Below are positions 37,030-46,762 of a DNA stretch of 64,000 nucleotides, one piece after another. Both the position numbers and the translations under genes were made by a program. The DNA comes from Alphaproteobacteria bacterium (GTDB lineage Bacteria; Pseudomonadota; Alphaproteobacteria; Rs-D84), in assembly GCA_015062545.1 (NCBI GenBank), contig SUUL01000001.1, positions 96,375-160,374 on the forward strand, written 5' to 3'. The first letter of the stretch is position 1. Every line of letters begins with the position of its first letter. Below the pieces are notes generated by a model. The model was not told the origin of the DNA. It did no database searches and worked only from the letters and a program-made list of their open reading frames with translations.

Positions 37030-38373
37030 ATGTCACAAATTAAAAAAGTTTTAATCGCAAATCGTGGTGAAATTGCACTGCGTATTATTCGCGCATGTCG
37101 TGATATGGGCATTCGTACAGTCGCTGTGTATTCAACCGCAGATCGCGATGCAATGCATGTACAGTTGGCGGATGAATCTGTATGTATTGGACCGGCGGCG
37201 GCACGTGAATCTTATTTGAACGAATCTGCAATTTTAACCGCGGCATTACTTACAAATGCAGATGCAATTCATCCGGGATATGGATTCTTGTCTGAACGCG
37301 CAGACTTTGCACACAAGGTGGAATTACATGGCATGATTTGGGTTGGTCCATCGCCAGACATGATTACCAAAATGGGCGACAAAGTTAATGCGAAAAAGAC
37401 TGCCATAGAATGTGGTTTACCCGTTGTCCCAGGATCTGATGGCGCAGTTGAAACATTAGAAGCGGCATTGGAATGCGCAGAAAAAATCGGATACCCCGTC
37501 ATGCTAAAAGCCGCCGCAGGTGGCGGTGGACGTGGTATGCGCCCAGTTATGTCTGCAGACGATATGGCCGAAGCGTTTCAATTAACCAAGAACGAAGCAA
37601 AATCTGCGTTTGGTGATGATACACTGTATATGGAAAAATTATTAACACATCCCAGACATATTGAATTTCAGGTGTTGGGCGACAAACACGGTAACGTTGT
37701 CATCTTTGGCGAACGCGACTGTTCACTGCAACGCCGCAATCAAAAGGTTATGGAAGAATGTCCGGCCGCGGTACTGACACAGAAACAACGCGATGATATG
37801 ATAGAAGTCTGCAAAAAAGCCGCCAAGAAAATGGGCTATACAAATGCAGGCACATTTGAATTCATGTTTGAAGATGGTAAATTCTATTTTCTGGAAATGA
37901 ACACCCGCCTGCAGGTGGAACACCCGGTTACAGAAATGGTATATGGTGTTGATTTGGTACGTGAACAGATTCGTGTGGCCGCGGGTGAAAAATTGGGTTA
38001 TACACAATCAAATGTTATACCAAATGGGCATGCGATTGAATTTCGTATTAACGCCGAAGACCCAGAAACATTTATTCCAAACCCTGGACAAATTACATTG
38101 TATGCGCCATCTGGTGGGATGGGGGTTCGCGTGGACAGCGCGGTTTACACCGGATATACAATTCCGCCAACGTACGATTCAATGATTGCAAAATTGATTG
38201 TACATGCACAAAACAGACCGGCGTGTATTATGCGTGCGGCACGTGCATTGGATGAATTTGTTATCGAAGGGATAAAAACAACAATACCATTGCAACAAAA
38301 ACTGTTAAATAATAAAGATGTAAAACAGTTAAACTTTGATAACAAATGGTTGGAAAATTTCTTGAAAAAATAA
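37030..38373 (+). CDS. accC: acetyl-CoA carboxylase biotin carboxylase subunit
   Basis: ATP-grasp fold with conserved GGGGRGMR and ..[14 protein letters not shown].. motifs. Confidence 0.9.
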   Translation: MSQIKKVLIANRGEIALRIIRACRDMGIRTVAVYSTADRDAMHVQLADESVCIGPAAARESYLNESAILTAALLTNADAIHPGYGFLSERADFAHKVELHGMIWVGPSPDMITKMGDKVNAKKTAIECGLPVVPGSDGAVETLEAALECAEKIGYPVMLKAAAGGGGRGMRPVMSADDMAEAFQLTKNEAKSAFGDDTLYMEKLLTHPRHIEFQVLGDKHGNVVIFGERDCSLQRRNQKVMEECPAAVLTQKQRDDMIEVCKKAAKKMGYTNAGTFEFMFEDGKFYFLEMNTRLQVEHPVTEMVYGVDLVREQIRVAAGEKLGYTQSNVIPNGHAIEFRINAEDPETFIPNPGQITLYAPSGGMGVRVDSAVYTGYTIPPTYDSMIAKLIVHAQNRPACIMRAARALDEFVIEGIKTTIPLQQKLLNNKDVKQLNFDNKWLENFLKK

Positions 38374-38382
38374 TCAATAAAT

Positions 38383-38405
38383 GCCGGCAAATGCCGGTAT
38401 TTTTT
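38383..38405 (+). terminator. intrinsic terminator (ccggcaaatgccgg + T-run)
   Basis: Same hairpin family. Confidence 0.65.
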
Positions 38406-38436
38406 AACAAAATAATTTGCCCGTATTTTATATGAA

Positions 38437-38613
38437 TTACAGTGGATGTTTGGTTTCTGCGACAATCATACACAGCTGATATATGGTTGGCTGTAATTTA
38501 CCCATGATAATACGGCGATATTCTTCTTCGGTGCACCCCATAATATTACAAATCTCTAGGATGGATGCCCCACACTTTTTACGCAACTTTTCGATTCTGC
38601 GATTGTATTCCAT
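38437..38613 (-). CDS. small XRE-family helix-turn-helix protein (59 aa)
   Basis: MEYNRRIEKLRKKCGASILEICNIMGCTEEEYRRIIMGKLQPTIYQLCMIV fits the XRE HTH pattern. GGGGGAAAGG SD upstream. Start at 38613 chosen over the longer upstream ORF. Confidence 0.5.
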   Translation of the reverse strand: MEYNRRIEKLRKKCGASILEICNIMGCTEEEYRRIIMGKLQPTIYQLCMIVAETKHPL

Positions 38614-38806
38614 GCCTTTCCCCCATATTTGTGCAATAAAAAACCACCATAAGGGGTGGTTGGAGGTTAGTACTTTGCACAGTAACATGCTCAGCGATTT
38701 ATTCAACATATTCATCGCCCTCCAACCCGATGGTTGGAGCATTTAACGTCTGCGCAGACGGTTACTGGCGAGAGTACTAATCTCGCATAACAGGTCACCC
38801 ATTACA
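38614..38806 (-). promoter_or_regulatory. structured 5' leader B (sense on the minus strand), attenuator-like; homologous to leaders A and C
   Basis: On the minus strand: CTCCAACC (plus 38732-38739) - atcg - GGTTGGAG (38720-38727) ... CCTCCAACC (38658-38666) overlapping the hairpin AACCACC..GGTGGTT + UUUUAUU, then the SD and ATG of the XRE gene. Confidence 0.5.
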
Positions 38807-38812
38807 ACAAGT

Positions 38813-38842
38813 ATTATATCCCACAATAAATATTGTTTGCAA
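38813..38842 (-). promoter_or_regulatory. candidate minus-strand promoter TTGCAA-18-TATAAT for leader B and the XRE gene
   Basis: The -10 is the reverse complement of 38813-38818. The -35 TTGCAA (38837-38842) is palindromic and shared with the divergent tRNA-Val promoter. Confidence 0.45.
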
Positions 38843-38864
38843 TCTGTTTTTTCTTTGTTATAAT
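38837..38864 (+). promoter_or_regulatory. candidate tRNA-Val(GAC) promoter TTGCAA-16-TGtTATAAT (extended -10)
   Basis: Hexamers at 38837-38842 and 38859-38864 with TG at 38856-38857. The tRNA 5' end is 13 nt downstream. Confidence 0.55.
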
Positions 38865-38876
38865 CGGTGGCGCAAC

Positions 38877-38953
38877 GGGTGGTTAGCTCAGTTGGTTAGA
38901 GCGTTACGTTGACATCGTAAAGGTCGTTGGTTCGAGTCCAATACCACCCACCA
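38877..38953 (+). tRNA. tRNA-Val(GAC)
   Basis: Cloverleaf: acceptor GGGTGGT/ACCACCC, D-arm GCTC..GAGC, anticodon stem TTACG/CGTAA, loop TTGACAT (anticodon GAC), T-arm GTTGG-TTCGAGT-CCAAT, encoded CCA. Confidence 0.9.
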
Positions 38954-38966
38954 GATTATAAAAAAA

Positions 38967-38989
38967 GCCGGTAAATACCGGCTTTTTTT
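38967..38989. terminator. bidirectional intrinsic terminator (gccggtaaataccggc + T7)
   Basis: Same hairpin family. Follows the tRNA and overlaps the stop of the convergent 187-aa gene. Confidence 0.7.
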
Positions 38990-39551
38990 AACGAACTTTC
39001 ATTGAATACAAATGATGTTTCTTTTGATGAAACGCATGGCCTTCGCGTTTGATATTTGCAGGACTTAAATCCAACGGGCCCAAAAATGGGCTTTCACGCA
39101 TCAATGACAAATCGTGTTTGATAAAACATCCCAACTCAAACTCTGATGTAGATAGATAACGCATGCGTGCATCTTGAATTGACTGTAATATAGCTTTCTT
39201 TTCAGATTGATTAAATCCAACCATTCTGAATGTTGGAACTTCGCACATGTTTATTGCATCCAATATCTCTTTGTGTTTGTCAGAGAAAGTATATTCACCA
39301 ACACCACTATCCGTTCTATAAAAACGCAAATTACGTAATACAGAACGTTTTGGCAACTGATATTTATGATAGTGACTGGCGTATTCCAGCAAAAACAAAT
39401 ACAGAACATACGCTATCTTTGTTTTTGTGTAATCATTTGTGCCGGGCTGTCCAACCAGGTGCCCCACAATATACTTTAACATATTTGCTGTTTGTTCTTG
39501 TTGGGAAAGTTTTCCAACAGGGTGTCCGCTTATTTTGTAAAAGAAATGCAT
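38988..39551 (-). CDS. hypothetical protein (187 aa), no recognisable family
   Basis: Clean ORF convergent with tRNA-Val(GAC). No family identifiable from sequence. Confidence 0.45.
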   Translation of the reverse strand: MHFFYKISGHPVGKLSQQEQTANMLKYIVGHLVGQPGTNDYTKTKIAYVLYLFLLEYASHYHKYQLPKRSVLRNLRFYRTDSGVGEYTFSDKHKEILDAINMCEVPTFRMVGFNQSEKKAILQSIQDARMRYLSTSEFELGCFIKHDLSLMRESPFLGPLDLSPANIKREGHAFHQKKHHLYSMKVR

Positions 39552-39672
39552 AAGTATAATCCTTGGTTTTATACACTATTAACATAGTAAACATATTCCC
39601 AAAATCAAGTATCATATTGATTTATCAAAAAATTGCTTTATAATTGCCCTCAGCAATTAAGGAGCGTTGTGC

Positions 39673-41664
39673 ATGGCAAAAAAATATTTAATCACATCTG
39701 CATTACCGTATGTTAATGGTGAATTACATTTGGGGCATCTGGTTGGCTGTTATTTACCCAGTGACGTTTACGCACGTTTTTGCCGCGCAATGGGACGCGA
39801 TGTTTTGTATGTTTGTGGCGCAGACGAACATGGAACACCTGCAATCGTTGGTGCCGCCAAAGAAGGCATGTCGGTCATTGATTACAATAATAAGTATTAT
39901 GAAAAGCATGTTCGTGCAATGCATGACTTTAACCTGTCTTTTGATTTATATGGGCGTACACATACAGAAAAACAAGAAAAACTGATTCATGAATTGTTTT
40001 CCCGCTTGGATGCCCAGGGCCTAATCGAAGAACGCGAAACGATTCAGCCTTTTTCTGTTGATGACAACATGTTCTTGGCCGATCGTCAATTGGTTGGAAC
40101 ATGTCCAAAGTGTGGATATGAAAATGCGCGTGGCGATCAATGCGATAATTGCAGCGCAACGTATGAAGCAACAGAATTAATCAATCCACGCAGTACAATT
40201 TCTGGCAGTGATAAAATTGAAAAACGTGCGACCAAGAACTTATTCTTTTTGGCATCTAAAATGGAAGGTGCCTGGCGCGATTGGTTGCGCCAACATGCAC
40301 CAAAATGGTCCAAAACCGCATCTGCGATTGCGCGTGGGTGGGAAAACGAAGGATTGCGCGACACATCAATTACACGCGACCTGTCATGGGGAATACCTGT
40401 GAATAAACCAGGATACGAAAACAAAGTGTTCTATGTGTGGTTTGATGCGCCATGGGGATATGTGTCAATTTCACAGGCCGCAAATGAAAATTGGGCCGAT
40501 TGGTGGCATGGTGGCGATGATGTTCACTATGCACAATTTATGGGCAAAGATAATGTAAAATTTCATGCTGTATTTTTCCCAGAACAACAACTGGCGATGA
40601 ATAACAACTGGAAAACAGTTGATATGTTAAAGGCGATGAATTTCTTGAACTTTGAAGGTGGTAAATTTTCCAAATCACAAAAACGCGGTATATTCCTGGA
40701 TCAGGCCGTGTCTGATGCGCCATCTGATTGCTGGCGGTATGCATTAATGGCCAGCGCGCCTGAAACAGACGATACAGATTTTACAATCGCGCGTTTTGCA
40801 GATATTGTAAACAAAGACTTGAACGGTATGTTGGGGAACTTTGTGTCACGCGTGTGCAAATTAACCGCAAAAAACTTTGGAAACAATGTTCCAAAATCTG
40901 GCGCAAAAAACACAGAACTGGAAAGTGAACTGAATGCAAAAATCACTGAATTAACCGAAGCGTTGGACGCATGTGAATTTCGTAAATCAATCGTGGCTTT
41001 GCGTGGTATGTATGCCATCGCAAATGAATACATGACCAAATGCGAACCATGGGCGTTGGTAAAAAATGGTGACATGGATGGCGCAGCAGCATGCCTGAAC
41101 GAATGTTTCCAGATGATTGATTTATTCGCACGTGTGTCTGCACCATTTATTCCAATGGCCGCCGAAAAAATGCAGGCTATATTTGCACAGGCACAAGATT
41201 TGTCTTGGCCAACAAAGTATGAACATCGTATAGCAGACGGGGCGGAATTTGTTGTGCCTGAAAACTTGTTCAATCGTATTGATGACGAAACAGTTGCAAG
41301 GTTAATTGAAAAATACACACCAAAGCAAATTGACAACAGTCCAAAACCCATTGTTGCAGAAATTGTAGAGGTAAAAAAACACCCATCACGCGAAGATTTA
41401 CATATCTTGATGGTGAATGTGGGCGGCGCGGAAAACATTCAGATTGTTTGCGGTGCGCCAAATGTTTATGTTGGATTACGTGGGGTTTTGGCACCGGTCG
41501 GATGTAAATTGCCAGGTGCGAAAAAACCTTTGGCACAAAGAACGGTTGCAAATTATGAATCTTATGGTATGATGTGCAGCCCTGCCGAATTAAAACAAGG
41601 CAACGAAGACAAAAAAATAATTGAATTAAATGATGAATATAAGATAGGAACGGAATACTTATGA
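39673..41664 (+). CDS. metG: methionyl-tRNA synthetase (with C-terminal tRNA-binding domain)
   Basis: HLGH (ALPYVNGELHLGHL) and KFSKS motifs, zinc knuckle CPKCG..CDNC. AAGGAG SD 9 nt before the ATG at 39673. Confidence 0.9.
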   Translation: MAKKYLITSALPYVNGELHLGHLVGCYLPSDVYARFCRAMGRDVLYVCGADEHGTPAIVGAAKEGMSVIDYNNKYYEKHVRAMHDFNLSFDLYGRTHTEKQEKLIHELFSRLDAQGLIEERETIQPFSVDDNMFLADRQLVGTCPKCGYENARGDQCDNCSATYEATELINPRSTISGSDKIEKRATKNLFFLASKMEGAWRDWLRQHAPKWSKTASAIARGWENEGLRDTSITRDLSWGIPVNKPGYENKVFYVWFDAPWGYVSISQAANENWADWWHGGDDVHYAQFMGKDNVKFHAVFFPEQQLAMNNNWKTVDMLKAMNFLNFEGGKFSKSQKRGIFLDQAVSDAPSDCWRYALMASAPETDDTDFTIARFADIVNKDLNGMLGNFVSRVCKLTAKNFGNNVPKSGAKNTELESELNAKITELTEALDACEFRKSIVALRGMYAIANEYMTKCEPWALVKNGDMDGAAACLNECFQMIDLFARVSAPFIPMAAEKMQAIFAQAQDLSWPTKYEHRIADGAEFVVPENLFNRIDDETVARLIEKYTPKQIDNSPKPIVAEIVEVKKHPSREDLHILMVNVGGAENIQIVCGAPNVYVGLRGVLAPVGCKLPGAKKPLAQRTVANYESYGMMCSPAELKQGNEDKKIIELNDEYKIGTEYL

Positions 41665-41972
41665 TAGAGAAAGCAGATAGAAAAGTATTTATAACTATAA
41701 ATGGTATAGATAAAACAGCAGAATATCGTTTCAAATGTAACCAATGTAAACAAATAAATAATTGCGCTAATATGTCGGAATGTAAACATGTTAAATACCT
41801 TGCCGAACATGCATCTGCAACCGTTCAATGCGCGTCTTTGGATAAAAATAGTCATGTTGCCACGATTCCTGTAAAGGACGCAATAGAATTTGCAAAAATT
41901 CGTACTGTAATCGAAAGAACACACAGAAAGCGCATGTACCCATACGCAGAACTGTGTGTAAAAATAAAATAA
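41661..41972 (+). CDS. small hypothetical protein with CxxC..C....C motif (103 aa)
   Basis: Start overlaps the metG stop (ATGA). Ends 2 nt before queH. No family identifiable from sequence. Confidence 0.4.
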   Translation: MIEKADRKVFITINGIDKTAEYRFKCNQCKQINNCANMSECKHVKYLAEHASATVQCASLDKNSHVATIPVKDAIEFAKIRTVIERTHRKRMYPYAELCVKIK

Positions 41973-41973
41973 T

Positions 41974-42513
41974 ATGGCGGATATCAAATTAGTTTTGGTT
42001 TCTTGTTGCGCCCCATGCAGTGCGGGCGCAATTCGTCAATTATCAGACAATGGAATTGATGGTGTGTCTGATTTTATTGTCTTGTTTTATAACCCAAATA
42101 TTTTTCCAGAATCTGAATATAATAAAAGATTAAATGAACAGATTAAATACTGTGAACAATGTGGCGTAAAATATGCTGTCTTGGATTATGATCACGATGC
42201 ATGGAAAAATGAAATGCGCGGTCTGGAAACAGAACCAGAACGCGGCACGCGATGCACGCGATGTTTTGAATATAGATTTAGACGCGCAGTAAAATTTGCA
42301 CGCGATAATGGATATAATGCGATTGCATCTGTGTTGGGGGTTTCGCGCCACAAAGACCAGACCCAAGTTGATAAAGCCGCACAAAATGTTTGTGGCGACA
42401 TTCAATACATTCCCATCAAATGGGATGAAAATTTACGCGTAAAAATCAATCGCGAATCTGACTTTTACCGCCAGAATTATTGCGGTTGCGAATTTAGTAT
42501 TCGCAAAGTATAA
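41974..42513 (+). CDS. queH: epoxyqueuosine reductase QueH (DUF208)
   Basis: N-terminal LVSCCAPCS and C-terminal NYCGCEFS cysteine motifs characteristic of QueH. Confidence 0.75.
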   Translation: MADIKLVLVSCCAPCSAGAIRQLSDNGIDGVSDFIVLFYNPNIFPESEYNKRLNEQIKYCEQCGVKYAVLDYDHDAWKNEMRGLETEPERGTRCTRCFEYRFRRAVKFARDNGYNAIASVLGVSRHKDQTQVDKAAQNVCGDIQYIPIKWDENLRVKINRESDFYRQNYCGCEFSIRKV

Positions 42514-42543
42514 TATCCATATAAACATAACAAAGGACAATAT

Positions 42544-43419
42544 ATGTCATCAATTTTTGTTTTCCCAGGACAGGGTGCGCAAAGCGTTGGTATGGGAAAA
42601 GATTTATATGAATCTAATGCCGCGGCACGCGCCGTCTTTGACGAAGTAGATGATGCCTTGGGCGAAAAATTATCCGACATTATCTTTAATGGCCCAATGG
42701 AAGATTTGACATTAACTGCAAATGTTCAGCCCGCAATTATGGCAACATCCATTGCAATGTTACGCGCATCGGGGGTAAAGATTCCAGAATATGTCGCAGG
42801 ACATTCTTTGGGGGAATATACCGCACTGTGCGCCGCAGGCGCGTTGTCTGTTGGGGATGCGGCAAAATTATTACGCGCACGTGGAAACGCCATGCAAAAC
42901 GCCGTACCCGTGGGACAGGGATTGACCGCTGTGATATTAGGGTTAGACATTGACACAATACGCGAAATATGCGCAAAAACCAACTGCGATGTGGCAAACG
43001 ATAATTCAACCGGTCAAGTTGTGATTTCTGGGGTGACAGATGTTGTTGAACAAACAATGGCGGCCGCAAAAGAAGCCGGTGCAAAACGCGCAATGCCTTT
43101 GGCGTTATCTGTGCCGGTGCATTGTCGTGTGCAACAACCAGCGGCGGATGCAATGCGCACCGCGTTGGAAAGTATTAAAATGAACGCACCATCTGCACCA
43201 TTGATTTCCAATAAAACATGCACCCCATTGACAGATATTGATGAAATAAAAGACGCATTGGTATATCAAATGACACATGGTGTTCGTTGGCGCGAAAGCG
43301 TTTTGGCAATGGCAGAATTGGGCATCACAGAACAAATTGAAGTCGGGCCAGGCAATGTCTTAACAGGTCTGTGTTCACGTATTACAGATAAAATAAACGC
43401 AAAGAAGTTGGAGATATAA
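42544..43419 (+). CDS. fabD: malonyl-CoA:ACP transacylase
   Basis: FPGQGAQ..GM and active-site GHSLGEY motifs. Confidence 0.9.
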   Translation: MSSIFVFPGQGAQSVGMGKDLYESNAAARAVFDEVDDALGEKLSDIIFNGPMEDLTLTANVQPAIMATSIAMLRASGVKIPEYVAGHSLGEYTALCAAGALSVGDAAKLLRARGNAMQNAVPVGQGLTAVILGLDIDTIREICAKTNCDVANDNSTGQVVISGVTDVVEQTMAAAKEAGAKRAMPLALSVPVHCRVQQPAADAMRTALESIKMNAPSAPLISNKTCTPLTDIDEIKDALVYQMTHGVRWRESVLAMAELGITEQIEVGPGNVLTGLCSRITDKINAKKLEI

Positions 43420-43420
43420 C

Positions 43421-44149
43421 ATGTTTGATTTATCAGGTAAAGTCGCTTTAATCACGGGCGCAACAGGTGGTATCGGTGGCGCAATCGCGCGCAAGATGAA
43501 ACAAGCAGGGGCAACGGTTGTTGTGTCTGGGCGTAATGTCGCAAAACTAAATTCCGAATTTGATGATAATTATATCAAAATTCCTTGCGATTTGGCAGCC
43601 GATGGCGGGGCAGTTGAACTGATTATGGAAACTATTGAAAAGGCCGGAAAAATTGACATCTTGGTAAATAACGCGGGCATAACAAAAGACACATTGTTAA
43701 TGCGTATGAGCGATGAACAATTTGACGATGTTATAAACACTAACTTGCGTTCTTGTTTCAAGATGTGCCGCGCAGCAATTATGCCAATGATGAAAAATCG
43801 TTTTGGGCGTATTATTAATATGGCATCTATTATCGGCGCAATTGGTGGACCAGGTCAGGCAAACTATGCGGCAAGTAAAGGTGGCATGATTGCAATGACA
43901 AAATCAATCGCAGCCGAAGTCGGCAGTCGTGGAATTACCGCAAATACAATCGCACCAGGATTTATTAAAACACCAATGACCGATGTCTTGCCAGAAGAAT
44001 TGAAAAAAACATATTTGGCGCAGATTCCAGCAGGACGCTTTGGCGAACCAGAAGATGTTGCAAACGCATGTGTGTTCTTGGCATCGGATGAGGCGGCATA
44101 TATAAACGGGCAAACATTACATGTAAACGGCGGTATGGGACGTTTCTAA
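43421..44149 (+). CDS. fabG: 3-oxoacyl-ACP reductase
   Basis: SDR family: TGATGGIG cofactor motif and the YAASKGG.IA..KS catalytic region. Confidence 0.9.
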   Translation: MFDLSGKVALITGATGGIGGAIARKMKQAGATVVVSGRNVAKLNSEFDDNYIKIPCDLAADGGAVELIMETIEKAGKIDILVNNAGITKDTLLMRMSDEQFDDVINTNLRSCFKMCRAAIMPMMKNRFGRIINMASIIGAIGGPGQANYAASKGGMIAMTKSIAAEVGSRGITANTIAPGFIKTPMTDVLPEELKKTYLAQIPAGRFGEPEDVANACVFLASDEAAYINGQTLHVNGGMGRF

Positions 44150-44152
44150 AAA

Positions 44153-45796
44153 ATGCAAAAATACGATGTGATTGTTATCGGTGGGGGACATGCCGGAACG
44201 GAAGCGGCCGCTGCGGCTGCACGGCGTGGGGCAAAAACCCTGTTGATGACACAGGCAAAATCAGATTTGGGCGCATTGTCTTGCAACCCCAGTATTGGGG
44301 GGCCTGGCAAATCACAAATGGTGGCAGAAATGTCTGCAATGGGTGGTGTTATGGGGCGCGCCGCAGATAAATCGGGTATCCATTGGCGCACACTGAACGC
44401 AACACATGGCGCAGCAACACAGGCTTTGCGCGCACAGATTGACCGCAAGATGTATCACAATGCAATCTTGGATATTCTGGGCGAATATGACTGCTTGGAT
44501 ATTGCGTACGAAGCCGTTACTGATTTAGACATTGTAAATAAAACCATTAACAACAAATACTTGGCAGGCGCAATCGTTTTAACCACGGGTACTTTTTTGG
44601 GCGGGGTGGTTACGCGTGGATGCGAAAAAATTCCATCTGGTCGCCTGCAAGACGATGGCACATATCAGGCCGCAGATAACACAATATCTGGCGTGTTGCA
44701 AAATGCCGGTTTTAGAATATTACGATTGAAAACAGGGACACCTGCACGTATATATCGCGATTCTATTGATTTTAGTGTTTGCGAAATTCAACCGGGTGAC
44801 ACACCACACGATTGGTTTGATTTGGGTGATGAAAATAATAATTATGATTCTGTGTGCTTTATCACACACACAACCGAAACCACGCATCAGGTTATTCGTG
44901 ATAATATAAAAAACGCACCAATGTATAATGGTGATATTCGGGGAACAGGTCCGCGATATTGCCCAAGTCTGGAAGACAAGGTTATGCGTTTTCCAGAACA
45001 CACGTCACATCATGTCTTCTTGGAACCCGAAGGATATAACAGCGATTTGATTTACCCAAATGGTATTTCCACCAGTTTCGGCAGCGATGTGCAAGACATG
45101 TGGATTCGTACAATTCCAGGACTGGAAAACGCACGTATCGCGAAATATGGTTATGCCATTGAATACGATGCGATTGATGCACGCGCATTGAACGACAAAT
45201 TGCAAAGCAAAGATATTCCACACCTGTTCTTTGCGGGGCAAATTAACGGCACATCCGGATATGAAGAAGCAGCCGCCCAGGGATTGGTTGCAGGCGCAAA
45301 TGCCGCCGCATACGCATGTGATTTAGTGCCGTTGATTTTAGACCGAACAAATTCTATGATTGGTGTTTTGATTGATGATATAACAACATTGGGGGTTGAC
45401 GAACCTTATCGTATGTTCACATCGCGCGCAGAATACAGATTATCTTTGCGTGCAGATAATGCGATTGCGCGTCTGGGTAAAATGGCGGTTGAATTGGGAT
45501 TGATAACACCGGACAAGTACGAACAGATTTATGAATTAAAACGCGATATTATTGCCGAAAACGACAAATTCTATGCGGGATATATTGCGCGCAACGAACG
45601 CGAAATTGCGGCATACAAACGTGATGCGGAACAAAAAATACCAACCGATTTTGTATATGATAATTTGCCGGGATTAACCAACGAATTAATTGAAAAATTA
45701 AATGCGACACGTCCAGAAAATATCGCAGATCTGTCACGTATCCCAGGAATGACACCGGCCGGTATTATGGTTGTGTTAAGGAAGATTAAGAATTAA
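44153..45796 (+). CDS. mnmG: tRNA uridine-5-carboxymethylaminomethyl modification enzyme MnmG (GidA), shorter than typical (547 aa)
   Basis: FAD motif VIVIGGGHAGTEAA, ..FFAGQINGTSGYEEAAAQGLVAG.., C-terminal ..RIPGMTPAGIMVVL. Confidence 0.8.
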   Translation: MQKYDVIVIGGGHAGTEAAAAAARRGAKTLLMTQAKSDLGALSCNPSIGGPGKSQMVAEMSAMGGVMGRAADKSGIHWRTLNATHGAATQALRAQIDRKMYHNAILDILGEYDCLDIAYEAVTDLDIVNKTINNKYLAGAIVLTTGTFLGGVVTRGCEKIPSGRLQDDGTYQAADNTISGVLQNAGFRILRLKTGTPARIYRDSIDFSVCEIQPGDTPHDWFDLGDENNNYDSVCFITHTTETTHQVIRDNIKNAPMYNGDIRGTGPRYCPSLEDKVMRFPEHTSHHVFLEPEGYNSDLIYPNGISTSFGSDVQDMWIRTIPGLENARIAKYGYAIEYDAIDARALNDKLQSKDIPHLFFAGQINGTSGYEEAAAQGLVAGANAAAYACDLVPLILDRTNSMIGVLIDDITTLGVDEPYRMFTSRAEYRLSLRADNAIARLGKMAVELGLITPDKYEQIYELKRDIIAENDKFYAGYIARNEREIAAYKRDAEQKIPTDFVYDNLPGLTNELIEKLNATRPENIADLSRIPGMTPAGIMVVLRKIKN

Positions 45797-46007
45797 CACG
45801 TTTGGCGGTTGACGCATCTTGTTCTTCCGTTTGTTTTTGTCGGTCAAAAGAATCGCGTACATTATATATTGATTGGCGAACATATAACTCATTCATGTCT
45901 TCTATGATATATTTTAATCGCATATATATATCTGATAATGCACATGCCAATTCTGCACGTGTTGGACGACCTGTGCGTTTTTTTGTTTTGTGAATATATA
46001 ATCCCAT
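45786..46007 (-). CDS. small basic 'GRPTR'-motif protein (73 aa), putative DNA-binding; paralog of 60522..60698
   Basis: ..KKRTGRPTRAELACALSDIYMRLKYIIEDMNELYVRQ.. aligns with the 58-aa protein at 60522. AGGGGA SD. Convergent 11-nt overlap with the mnmG end. Confidence 0.45.
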   Translation of the reverse strand: MGLYIHKTKKRTGRPTRAELACALSDIYMRLKYIIEDMNELYVRQSIYNVRDSFDRQKQTEEQDASTAKRVNS

Positions 46008-46191
46008 TTATTTCCCCTTGTGATAAAAAAACCGCAATTAAAAATAAAAGCGGTTGGAGTTTAAACACTATCAAAGCGAATAGCGGGCTTATTCAATATA
46101 TTCACCACACTCCAACCAATGTTGGAGTATTTAATGCCCCTGCGGGCACGCCTTGAGAGGTGTTTAATCCCCGACACAACAACGTTGTATC
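46008..46191 (-). promoter_or_regulatory. structured 5' leader C (sense on the minus strand), attenuator-like; homologous to leaders A and B
   Basis: On the minus strand: ACTCCAAC-attg-GTTGGAGT ... CTCCAACC overlapping the terminator AACCGC..GCGGTT + U7, then the AGGGGA SD and ATG. Confidence 0.5.
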
Positions 46192-46197
46192 AAACGT

Positions 46198-46226
46198 ATT
46201 ATAAACATATAAAAAACATATTGCAA
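46198..46226 (-). promoter_or_regulatory. candidate minus-strand promoter TTGCAA-17-TATAAT for leader C
   Basis: The -10 is the reverse complement of 46198-46203. Palindromic -35 TTGCAA at 46221-46226. Confidence 0.45.
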
Positions 46227-46297
46227 ATAACAAATAATCGGACAAATAAAAAACTACTGGAAATTATATTTATGATGGATTATAGTCTTGTGCGTAT

Positions 46298-46373
46298 GCC
46301 GGTGTAGCTCAGCTGGTAGAGCATCTCATTCGTAATGAGGGGGTCGTAGGTTCAAGTCCTATCACCGGCACCA
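46298..46373 (+). tRNA. tRNA-Thr(CGT)
   Basis: Cloverleaf: acceptor GCCGGTG/CACCGGC, D-arm GCTC..GAGC, anticodon stem TCTCA/TGAGG, loop TTCGTAA (anticodon CGT), T-arm GTAGG-TTCAAGT-CCTAT, encoded CCA. Confidence 0.9.
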
Positions 46374-46382
46374 TAAATAAAA

Positions 46383-46407
46383 ATCCCCAAAAACGGGGGA
46401 TTTTTTT
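46383..46407. terminator. bidirectional intrinsic terminator (atcccc-aaaaac-ggggat + T7)
   Basis: Hairpin plus T-run after the tRNA. Overlaps the stop of the convergent gene. Confidence 0.65.
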
Positions 46408-46762
46408 ATTTCTGTTTTTGCTGCATTTCACGCAGAACAGATTCAAAATGATTGTTTAAGGCATCTGGGTTAACATTTACCCTGAATAAAAAGTTTCGCG
46501 CCATCGCAGGCAACTGTGTAATTGTTGTAAACGTTATCTTTAATACAGGCTGCGGATACAATGCGGATTCATATTTTTCCATCGGGATGCCATTGCGCTG
46601 AAAAACATAACGACATACATCCAAGTTTTTTTGATTCGCAGGTACATAATATACAACACGCGCACCATATCTGTCTGTGATGGTGTTCGTTTCTTTTAAC
46701 AGACGTTCCAATAATTTAATATCCATCTGTTGTGTTGCTGAAAAAAATCCACTTTTTGACAT
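46406..46762 (-). CDS. hypothetical protein (118 aa)
   Basis: Start at MSKSGFF (46762) with an AAAGGGGGA SD 5 nt upstream. Unknown family. Confidence 0.45.
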   Translation of the reverse strand: MSKSGFFSATQQMDIKLLERLLKETNTITDRYGARVVYYVPANQKNLDVCRYVFQRNGIPMEKYESALYPQPVLKITFTTITQLPAMARNFLFRVNVNPDALNNHFESVLREMQQKQK

